Assembly (NCBI GenBank): GCA_037447605.1
Contig: CM074808.1
Span: 2,232,001 to 2,296,000 of the forward strand
Source: Zygnema circumcarinatum SAG 698-1b
Lineage: Eukaryota > Plantae > Zygnematophyceae
Direction: 5' to 3'
Length of the DNA: 64,000 bases
The position numbers were made by a program, and so were the translations under genes. Below the pieces are notes generated by a model. That model made no database searches, was not told the DNA's origin, and saw only the letters and a list, made by a program, of their open reading frames with translations. How positions within the stretch are numbered: the first letter of the stretch is position 1; each line of letters opens with the position of its first letter. Of this stretch, positions 1-10,100 are shown piece after piece.

Positions 1-452
1 AAGGAGGTGCTGCCTTCTCTCTGTGAGCGCTGCTGCTGGATGGCCTCTGTCTGGGAGAGATGAAGAGTTTGAGGAGTGAGGGGAAGGGTTTAAAGCAAGT
101 GAAATGAGTAAGAAGAGCTCAAGCATAAGGAGGTGAGTGGGGTTGCGGCGAGCTTCTCAATAGCCGGTTATGTATTTGAACTGCCAGAAGCGAGCTCTAT
201 CTCCACCGTAAAAGTGAGAGTACAGCCATGACAATGACAGTGACATTGTCAATAATGACTAGTCAAAGAACCTGATGAATCATTCAATCCTAATCCTTCG
301 AACTCCTCTTCCTCTCAAGTCACTTGCTTGTTCAGGTCACTGTTTCACGAAGTAGACTAGTGCTGAATCCCGTTGTCACAGAGTTCTTTTCAGCTGATGT
401 AGTGCTTGCTTGTCGTTTACGCCATATGGTGATGCTCACTCTCTCGCATCAG

Positions 453-2723
453 GTGGTGAGGGAGGAGCGTCGTCTGCGAGTGGACAATGCGCCGCTCGGC
501 CGCTTCACTGAGGCCTTTGCAGCGACAGCTTTCCCCGGAACTGCCTATGGCCGACCTGTGATTGGCTATCGTATCCATGGATCCGATGTGATGTGCATGA
601 GCGAGTGCTTAAGGATAGTGAAAGAAGTGAGAAAAGTTAGGTACTCAGAAAGTTTGTTCCTGCTATTGCAAGCTACAGCATTAGTGATCCATTAGTTACC
701 CATTCATGTAGAAAGATGTAGAAGTATGGTTTTCTCGTGGCATTTGTCCAACACGCACTGCTGCTAGCAACGTCCACAGTCTTGCAAGAACCTTCGCCCC
801 CCCCCCCCACCCTCCCCCTCATTGTATTCGTCATGCACAGGATAGAGGGCACAGTTTCTCTGTTGGAATGTATGATAGAAGACACGAGTTTATGCGTGTG
901 CACATTCTGCACGAGTCATTCATGTGGGCTGCCTTGACCATCCGCTCTGCAGCGAATGACTTTGACAAGATTGGACGGCGAGAAGTGGACTCCTTCTTTC
1001 GCCAGTTCTACAATCCAATGTCCCTCATTTGTGCTGTGGTACAGCCTTCATTCTCTACTCTTCATTCTCATTCTTCTTCATTGGCGGATTATACAGTTAT
1101 GCACGCTTTTGCATACTCCCCATCACTGCCTTTCCTGACTTTCTCTTTCATCGGAAGTAGTGTTCGTCATTTCTGTTTCAAAAATCCCCTCAGCTCTCGT
1201 CGTCGTACTGCATTCTATCCCGCTGATATCCTCTTATTTTGCCCGTTCGGGTGGTGACCTTGTGCGGGAAGCAGGTGGGGGATGTGAATCCGGCAGAGGT
1301 GAAGTCTTTTAGCACCATCGCAGAAACTTTGGAAGATTCAAGAAGCTGAATGATGCCCCCCTGCAGCTGCTCATGGCGATGGGAGGGAGGCTGCAGGTGG
1401 AACGTATGGCTGTGCGCTACTTTGGGGATTGGCAGCCATCCATGGCTGCCCCCCTGCCCCCCCTGCAAGCTGTGCAAGAATGGGCGGGGCCACCTCAACG
1501 ACCTGCTGACGTCCCCAGTACGCTGCGAATGTCGCTTCCTGCCAGTCCCTTTTACATGGAAGGTGCGATTGCTTTCTCATATGGTCCACCAATAAACACT
1601 CTTAAGGATGAAGATGAGGGATGGAAGCATTTGCAGGGGACAAGTTAGAGCAATCCGATAGAAAATCCGGCGGAATTGTGTGTGTCCAATCCCAATCTCT
1701 ATTCTAGAAAGTTTCCATGCGCAAGGTCTTCCTGCTGACAGACATATCCTGTGCCTGAGCCGGTGCAGGATATTACCGTCCCAGTGCCGCATCAGCCGAC
1801 GACCCGGCGCTCTCTGTGCTCAGTTCCGTTCTGAGCGGCAGCCGCACCTCGCGCCTGTACAAGGTGCCGCGAGGGGCCGGGAGAAGAGGGGGGCCTCCTG
1901 CGGCACCTGCTGGCTGAGGGAGAGGGAGAGGGAGAGGGAGAGGGAGAGGGANNNNNNNNNNGGAGAGGGAGAGGGAGAGGGAGAGGGAGAGGGAGGGGGA
2001 GGGCGCGCCTCTCATGGGCGAGGGGGGGGCAGAGCGGCGGCGCAGAATCTCGTGGTTCCGGGGAAGGCCCTCTCCGCAACCTCCGTCGAGAGCTTCCCCG
2101 GCAGCAAGCGGCCCTGCCTGCTGCTTCTGTATGGGATTCCCTCGGGAGGTAGGGTGGGGGGGGGGGGGCTCAAAGCTCAACACAACTCGACTTCACGCAA
2201 CGGGACGATGTGGGAGTTGGCCTGCATGCCATTTCTGATGGATGTTTTTGTGAGGGGCTCCAGGTAGCACAACTGACTCGCTGGCAGCGCTTCTGGGAGA
2301 GGAGCTGAAGAAGGTTGCAGCAGGTGGTGTTCCAGAAGACGAGCTCGTACCTGTGAAAAAAGCGGCGAAGGCTGGGCTTCTGGTCAGTTATATACTGCAG
2401 AGAAATGAACGACACGAACCTCACCACTGCAACAAAATGCCTGACTTGTGCGTCCCTTGGTCTCCTATTCAACCTGGGGGTCTCCCCATCCTGGGTGGCT
2501 GCAGGAGGTGTTCGGGAGCAACCGCGGCATCGCGAAGCTCCTGTGCGCGTACGAGGCGCGCACGGGCAGCTGGGAGGGCCTCCTCCAGGAGGCCGCGCTC
2601 CTCGAGGCGGTCTCCCCCGCCGACCTCCAGCGCGCGGCCGCGCAGCTCTGCCGCCCCGGCAACCGGGTCGCGGGGCACGTGCGGCCGCGGGGGGTCCCCC
2701 TCTTGGACTTCCCCCGCGCATGA
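453..2723 (+). CDS. M16 (insulinase/processing protease-like) zinc metallopeptidase, multi-exon, 5' part outside the window
   Basis: GT-AG exons spell M16 motifs: VVREERRLRVDNAPLGRF..AF..YGRPVIGY (453-~570), DFDKIGRREVDSFFRQFYNP..L..AVVGDV, LSGSRTSRLYK (~1825-1862), FPGSKRPCLLLLYG (~2050-2148), GGVPEDELVPVKK, and a last exon ..LLEAVSPADLQRAA..FPRA* ending at 2723. The HxxEH motif is not in the window. Confidence 0.85.
1917..1995. repeat. (GAGGGA)n microsatellite in an intron, interrupted by a 10-N gap
   Basis: Directly visible; N run at 1952-1961. Confidence 0.95.
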
Positions 2724-2754
2724 AGGGGGGGGGGGGGCATGGACGTGTACATAC

Positions 2755-2843
2755 ATTCATACATACATGCATACATACATGCATACATACATGCATACAT
2801 ACATGCATACATACATACATACATACATACATACATACATACA
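2755..2843. repeat. (ATAC/ATGC)n tetranucleotide microsatellite just after the M16 stop codon
   Basis: Directly visible. Confidence 0.95.
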
Positions 2844-3314
2844 TGGATAGGGAGGCGTGTGGAGGGGGTGCGATCAGCTGGCAACAAGGCCTGCTCGCAG
2901 CGCGGTGCGGCACGGCAAAGGGCTGCCGGCCGTGAAGCAGAGGGATGTACGTTTGTTTATCGCTGTCAATAAGCATTTGCGTGTAGAATGTAAAAGGTGA
3001 GTGGAGGTGGCAGTCTCTGTCAAGCGTGTGTTGGTTCGTCTTTTGGGTCTGCTTGGCGCCTGCCTGCAGTCGCTGGAAATGAAGAGAACTTGTCAGGTGT
3101 CGGCTCTCCCCTAATCGCAACGCTCACTCTGCGGCTTTGAATGAACAAAAACTCTCCGTTGCGCGCATTGCGAGTTTGGATCCATCGTAGAAAAAGGCAA
3201 AAATACGCGTCTGCGAGTCAAAACATAAAAATGAAATGTCCAAAACATATTACGTGCCAAACCGCGGCTGAACGAGGGAGGGTTGCCCTACCGTGCGCGG
3301 TAATCCCTAACATT

Positions 3315-3486
3315 TCCAACGGTTGGCCAACACGGGCAAGCTGCACCCAGCCAGCCAGCGTGGCGCCACGTGGCGGGTCATGCGAAGATCTACCAATTGC
3401 CATAGAGCTGCGCGGTCACGTGATGAAGCGACACGTGGCGAGTCCTCGCGCAAAATCCGAAATCTCGCGCGTGGCCATCCAACGGT
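3315..3486 (+). promoter_or_regulatory. ARP8 upstream motif cluster: two TCCAACGGT (MSA-like) sites, a GCCACGTGGC G-box and an ACACGTGGC ABRE-like site
   Basis: TCCAACGGT at 3315-3323 and 3478-3486; palindromic GCCACGTGGC at ~3365-3374; ACACGTGGCGAGT at 3431-3443. All lie 250-420 bp upstream of the ATG at 3739. Function is inferred. Confidence 0.45.
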
Positions 3487-3738
3487 CCACCTGCATCCAG
3501 CCGCCAGCGAGGATCCCGGCCCTCTTGCGGTGTGCGCGAAACGCAAGCTCTTCATCCGCGGCCTGTAATTGGCCGACCGGACGTTTGTGGGGAGCGCCTC
3601 GAGGGATTTGGGACGCGCCTCCAGGACGGCCCTTTCCGATATTACCGATATTGTCGGTATATCGCGAGGAAAAGCACGTGAGCACGGGACCTCGAATGGG
3701 CCGAGGGGCGAAAGGGCCATGGCTGTGGCTGCACAGCC

Positions 3739-6700
3739 ATGGCGGCCGCTATGGAACTGGGAGGAGAAGGCGGCAACTCTCAGGCCGCGGCTGGGCGAGG
3801 CAGTAGCGACATGGCAGGAGGGAGCTCATCTGGGGACTTCCTCTCTTCTGCACGCCGAGCTCTTCTCTCCTTCATTCGGCAGCGGCCACTCGCCGTCGCT
3901 CAGAGCGAGAGGCAGGGAGGGGGGGCCTCAGTGGGAGATCTTCCCACTGATGTCCTCTTTCTCGTGATGTCGTACTTGCACGCACAAGGCCTTGCTTCTG
4001 CGGTTTGTGTTTGCCGGCAATGGCGGGACTTGGCATCTCTCCATACTCTCTGGAAAGGAGTTCTTGCCGCAGACACGGAATCGTGGCCGGCTATTGAGTT
4101 CTCGGAGCGATACTTGCGGAATGGTCGCTCTCAAGGGTACGCAAGATGAAGTTTCAGCAAGTTCGCGGACCTCCTGTCAGGGCACCCGTCTCAATAGTCG
4201 CTTTTTGAACCATTTTTGGCGAGTGCTTTATGAGAGTGAGCTGGTTGAGCCCTGGATGCTAGACGGAGGAGGCTGACGGCCGTTACGTGTACTTGACGCA
4301 GTTTGTCTAGCGGGAGACAGGCAGTAAGCAGCTCCGACCTTCCCTGGTATACAATCTATCGCGAGAGAGCCAGTTTGCCACGCTGCGTCATCGTTGATGG
4401 TTAGCTCTACACCTTGTGCCGCTTGATCATCGCTTGCAAGCTCGTCAGGCACGTAGCTTATCAGTCTGTGGCTTGGAGTAGCCATTGGATTGTTCAGTCG
4501 TATTGTTCAAAGTAATCTGTGTGATCCATTGCTTTGTCGTTGGTGCATTGCGTGAGTAATTGGAAAGGCTTCACTGCAAAGTTTTCTTTTTCGACAAAAG
4601 AAGCTATTTCGCTTGTCCTTGAGAAAGAGGGCATGCGTGTCGACATGTGGATTTGAAGTAATGGTCTTCGTGTTGCTCATGTTGTTGTATCAAGACTCTT
4701 AAGTCCATCTGGACTCTTTAAGTCATGCATCTCAGTCAACTCTTATTTAAACCATATATTGAGTATGCAACTGAAGAATGTGCTTACAAGAAAATGAGCA
4801 TGTTGCATTTGCAATGTTTTTTTACCTTTAGCAGCGTTGTCTTCCTGAAAAGTTGCGCAGTTCAGTATTGTCGTGGTTCCTTCGTCTATTTTTTTCTCTA
4901 CAACAGACCACGTGTACCCAGATAGTTATGATATGTACATTTTGAAGTTCTGGTTTCTGCTCTTAAATTCATGTTACCCGTTTGCTTGACAGCTGGCAGT
5001 GGCTACTGCAAGTTTGGATGGAGCAACTGCGACTTCCCAGTTGGGAAAATGGCTAGTTTCTTGGTGAGATGTTTGCCAGCTTTACTGAAGAGAGAAGAAT
5101 ATAGAACTGGAATGTGCATGCCCGTTAGAGGGCAGTGGTTGATTTGTTTGCCCTGCTACATTCGCATCCAATCCAGAAAAGGCCTCACACGACTGCTCCG
5201 TTTCAGTTCTCACCGTCAGGCCTTCGCCGCAGGCGAGTTTGGATCACTTTAGATGGTTTGGCAGAGTCATGCTGCTGTTATTCTCAACGTTGACAGAAGG
5301 GCAAGGGGGAGAAAACTTGACAGGAGTTCGGCAACATTGAGGCACCAATGTTTCCCCGCCTGAAGGCGCTGTACAGCTGTGTCTATGCTAAGTGGGTGAT
5401 CCCGCTCCCACTCGCTGTTCTGCTCCTCTCTACTGTCCTTGAGTACGAATATTCTCATATTATTTATACAATTACTTATTTTACATTACTCAAACTCATT
5501 GAGCATCTCCCATTGTCGATTGAAAGTGAGAATCTTCCTCTGAGGTATGACTGACAAGATGAGGTAAGGGCAGTCTGCAGGCGAAACCGTCATCTCAACC
5601 AATTGTAATCTCAGAACCCCTATGCTATTCAGAAGGTGAGGACTTTTGAAGCCATCAAAAATTTGATGCGACCGGCAATTCCAATCCATTTGTTTTGAGT
5701 CACAACACAGGATAACTACCCTCAACTGCCTGATGAGCGCTGATATATTTTTTGGCCTCAGGGCTGCCTTCGCTCGCTCTAAAGATGCCTTTATGACATT
5801 GCCTTTTGAACTGGAGCTCTCTTTAGTAGAAATCTCTACATTTTTTTCTGACTCCGTGTTAACTTGTGCTGGCTGGGCTGACCGTCCTGAATTCCTCAAT
5901 TCTGAATTCAACAATTCTGAATTCCTCAATTCTGAATTCAACAATTCTGAATTCCTCAATTCTGAATTCCTCAATTCTGAATTCCTCTATTCTGAAACCA
6001 TGTCATGATGTTGCTTGCTGAGGTGAGCAGAGTCACAGCCAGCTCAGGCAGCACGACGGCTTTTACGAGAGACCACATGTGCGGTGCTGTTCGATAAGTT
6101 GCAGGTTCCCGCCATTTGTGTGGTTGACCAGGTAAGGCCGCCATAGCAATACCTTGGGCATGAAGTCAGTTGACATTTTTACTGGCGTCCAGTCATGGCT
6201 TCTCTAACAAAGATAACTTTCCCACGTTGAGTTTGTTCTCTGGTCGTGATTTTTCAGCTGATGAGAGCTGCATTTTGTGTTCAACAAGTGGTCGTTGTTC
6301 CGCTACCTAGTGGCGTGCCATCGTATGACTTGATCGGGCAATTTTTTCTCCCCCACTTGGGCATTGCAGGCAGTCTTGGCCCTCTTTGCGGCTCGAAGGG
6401 TCACTGGTATCGTTGTAAACGTTGGTTTCCGTATCACCACTATTGTTCCGGGTAAACAGCTTAAACGTCTCTGCTTCCCTTTTCCTGTTTCTATGCATGA
6501 CTTTAATTTTCCTGTTCCCTTTTTTATTCCTCCAAATTTCTGTCTCTCTCTCCTCCCTCTCCCCCTCCCGTTTTCCTTCATTTTCTCAAAGGAAAACCTT
6601 CAGTACTGCCTGGACCTTCTCTGAATACTCTGACAATTTGAGGAGTTTAATACTTGCAGCTACAACTACATATCCTTCAAATTTCTGTGTTAGAAGCTGT

Positions 6701-9223
6701 CACCATTAGGATGTATGATATTGGCTTTTGGCAAGCTGATTCAGTCCACTTGAGAGAGGATTGGAAGACTTACAGACTTTCACATGTGTGTGGTCTTTTA
6801 TCTGACCATGTGCCATGTTTGTGAAGCAGTGCTTTGTGGTGAGATTTTGCGATCGGTCGGAGTGCATGGCCTCGGTGTCGGCGCCATGCGCATTACGGGG
6901 CACTTGAGTGAGCTCATGGAGGCAGCCGGCAAGCATTATGCATCCATGTTTACCGTTCGCACTCTGAAGGAGGTGAGTACCATTGACATAGATAAATGTG
7001 TCCAGTTGTCTGTTCAGTGGGGCGAGTAGTCACCATGTTAACATACGTCAAATACTCATTCACTGGATTCTCTAAAATGCGGAAGTTGGTGTATGCACGT
7101 GGCATGCTTTAGCCCTTTTTTGACTGCGTTCTGTAGAGGATGATACGCCGGGATTTGCCATGCAATACATCTCAACCTCAACCTCTCTAAAGAAATCATG
7201 GCTTCATATGTTTTATTTCTCTCAAGGAGGTCATTATACCTGGCACATTGAATAATCACTTGCGTTTCGGAGAGCCTTCATATGGAATGCACATTTTGCA
7301 GTTTTCATGGCCAGCACAAAAATTTGGCATGGGCGAGGATATGAGCCTCTTTTCTGTGTTTGCTTCTGCCTTCGTGCTGTATTCCTTCACAGGGCATTCA
7401 AGGTGAGAATGATGTCCGTAGGGTGCTCTCGTATGTGATAAATGCTTGTCATACGCCATACGGCATTTGAAGTGTTTTTCCAAACTGCTTACAATCACTT
7501 GCAGAAGCTGTGCTACGTGGCGCAAGATCTGGAGGCAGAATTTGCGAGTGATACTTCCGCTGTCTGCCACATTGAGGATGAGGGCGATTTTACGCTCTCT
7601 CAGGAGCGCTTTATGGCTCCAGAAATTCTTTTTCATCCACTATTTGGTGGAATGTAAGCCTCTCTTAGAATGTCTTGCAGCTGATCTTTTCTCAAAAACC
7701 GATATCCGATGGAATTTCGTTGCATCATTTTGTGATTGTTGGGGAAACACATATCACAGTTTTGCTATGGAAATGAAGTTCTGGAAGGGACGTCTTTGTT
7801 AACATACAATAGCTGATACGTGTTTTACTTCAATATCTGAGATGCTGTAAGCTACGTTTGAGCCTTACCCTCCTCCTCCTCCTCCTCCTGCTCCTCCTCC
7901 TCCTCCTCCCCCTCCTCCTCCTCCTCCTCCTCCTNNNNNNNNNNCCTCCTCCTCCCCCTCCTCCTCCTCCTCCTCCTCCTCCATGGTTGGCGTGTGTTGC
8001 AGACAATGTCGAGGTCTTCACGAAGCCGTGGCAGATTGCATCAACAAATGTGCACAAGTGCGTCCGGAGGTGGAGGGAGGCTCAAGGACGGGGGACGAGC
8101 TTCAGGGGCTCACTACCGTTGTGCTCGCAGGGGGCACGGCATCGCTTCCAGGGCTTGCAGGTACAGGCTGCAGGCTGCTTCTGCAGGTTCATACCCCACT
8201 GTTTGCAATGTACTACTGAATTCAAGTGATGGCTTTGAAGTTGATGGGTTGCCCCAATTTGCATGATAATTAGTTTTTGTGTGGGGGGTCTTAGACTGAA
8301 TTCTGTCGTGTTTTCTGTTCGATGCCCCGAGGGGAAAGGCCACTTGGTTTGATAATGTACGGTACTGCTCGACCGTTGACCGGTGTGAAGCCGTGAAGTC
8401 GATTCCTTCGAGTCGTTGAGGGGGTTAAAGCAGTCACCGTAGTTTGAAGCATCTTCCAATATCTCATGTCTAGGGGGACCTGGCAAACTGACCCTAGTTT
8501 TTGTTAAAAGCATTGTCTTTTCAATGGGAACTCAACTTGTAAGTCAGTTTGGCTCGTGTCAGATTATTTTTCAAGCTAGTTAGTGCACTCTCTGTCAATT
8601 TTTTCTCTAACGTCAGGCTGTGAAATAATGCAGAGCGGTTAGAGAAGGAGCTACGCAGACTGCTGAGCCCGGAGCTAAGTGCGCGGCTGGAAGTGGTGCG
8701 CAATCGTCGTGGTTTAAGTTCTGCTTGGTGCGGGGCCAACTTGTTGAGTAATGTAAGGCCTTTCACTCCCATCTTGGTCAACAAATAAAGGGCACCACTG
8801 TTGCTGCCTTTCGTGTCTGTGGTCCAAAGCCTTACTTGCACCCTTAATGGGGGCACTTAGCTGGCAGTGGTCCCTTGCAAAATTTGTGATCCACAATATG
8901 AACCTGGCACTAGTTTGTTACTTTCTTCGCCAAAAGGGGATGGTTGAATTAAGGAATTGGGTCATACGGACCTGAAGAGGGTGAGACACAGGCGCAAGGA
9001 TGAGAGGAGGACAAGCAGCAAGTACTGTAGTTATTCGATTTCTGAGCGCTCTGACTCTGCAATGTGTGGGCAGATTAGCACCTTCCCCGCCAAATGGTGC
9101 GTGACGAGGGAGCAGTATCGGATTTTCGGCATGGGGGTGGTGCATGCCATGGCCCTCGACAAGGCCAACTCCATGGCGGCATTCCAGTCTGCGGGCTTGC
9201 AGGGTAGTCAATACACCCGGTAG
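3739..9223 (+). CDS. ARP8: Plant-type actin-related protein 8 (N-terminal F-box plus actin fold), ~12 exons
   Basis: F-box VGDLPTDVLFLVMSYL..VCRQWR in exon 1. Actin-fold exons: CVIVD|AGSGYCKFGW, EFGNIEAPM, VLFDKLQVPAICVVDQ, AVLALFAARRVTGIVVNVGFRITTIVP, KLCYVAQD..ERFMAPEILFHP, TVVLAGGTASLPGL, ERLEKEL..SAWCGANLLSN. Last exon ISTFPAKWCVTREQY..* ends at 9223. Confidence 0.92.
5887..5996. repeat. Intronic 15-bp minisatellite, 7 copies (CTGAATTCCTCAATT / CTGAATTCAACAATT)
   Basis: Units start at 5887, 5902, 5917, 5932, 5947, 5962 and 5977, inside an ARP8 intron. Confidence 0.95.
7868..7981. repeat. (CCT)n microsatellite in an ARP8 intron, with a 10-N gap
   Basis: Directly visible; N run at 7935-7944. 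Confidence 0.95.
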
Positions 9224-9754
9224 GGTTCTCAAGTCCTAAGGCTGAGACTTGGTCAGCTCGGCCAAACTTAGCGACATGCAACCATCAGTAAAAGCTGGTG
9301 GATATGGTTTGTAGGATGCAGTGACGGGAGAGAAAGCTTGCACTGCTCGTCTCTTGGGCTTGGCATCCTTATGAAACTGAGACTGGCTAAGGATGGAGGT
9401 TTTATTAAGCCCGGTGTAGAAGAACTCGCACAACCCATTGTACATACTGGATACAAAAACTTATCCATTGTGATTAGAATGTTTGCAACGTTCTTTTTTT
9501 TTGTTTTGTTTTTTTTTTTGAGAAATTTGACCATGTCTACGATACAGATGCAACCGCATTAGACAGCCCCCGTCGAACGGCCTCTCGTGATGACGTCCGG
9601 ATTTGCGAGTTTGGCCCATGGGCCATGAGCCATGGCCATGGCCCTCCGTCTCCTCCCATCGCCTCCTCCCATCGCCTCCACCCATCGTCTCTCTGGTCCC
9701 GGCCACTTCCCGGCGCGGCGCGGACGGCCCCACCCAGTGCAGCCAAGCGCTCCG

Positions 9755-9890
9755 TGACATCACGTGACACGACGTGACGTGATATCAAGTGACGCTATAT
9801 GACGTGACGTGACATTGGAACCACGACTGCGCACAGAAGGGCACTCAGTCCGTACATGCGGTTACGTCATTCAGCGTGTTTTGACGTCAT
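9755..9890. promoter_or_regulatory. Dense TGACG/ACGT (bZIP-type) motif cluster upstream of the kinase-like gene
   Basis: GTGACATCACGTGACACGACGTGACGTGATATCAAGTGACGCTATATGACGTGACGTGACATTGG (~9755-9817) plus TGACGTCA at 9882-9889. Confidence 0.4.
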
Positions 9891-9981
9891 GACATGAAAT
9901 GAAGATGAGCATGTCCGCATGTCTGCCCTCCCGTCCCGTGCCGTACTTTGCATTGGAGCTGGCGGCCGAGAGAGGGGGAAG

Positions 9982-9985
<4 letters not shown>

Positions 9986-10072
<87 letters not shown>
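9986..10072. repeat. (GA)n microsatellite in the 5' leader of the kinase-like gene
   Basis: Directly visible, ending ~30 bp before the ATG at 10101. Confidence 0.95.
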
Positions 10073-10078
<6 letters not shown>

Positions 10079-10100
10079 CGACTGCAGGGAGGGGGCGGCC

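Noticed and set aside
5486-5974. ORF with RNSEL/LNSEL repeats (162 aa)
   Set aside because: It is the translation of the 15-bp intronic minisatellite, antisense to ARP8.
5887-5996. Heat-shock elements in the GAA/TTC-rich minisatellites
   Set aside because: The spacing is GAATTC, TTCTGAA or GAAGTTC, not the nGAAnnTTCn required for HSF binding.
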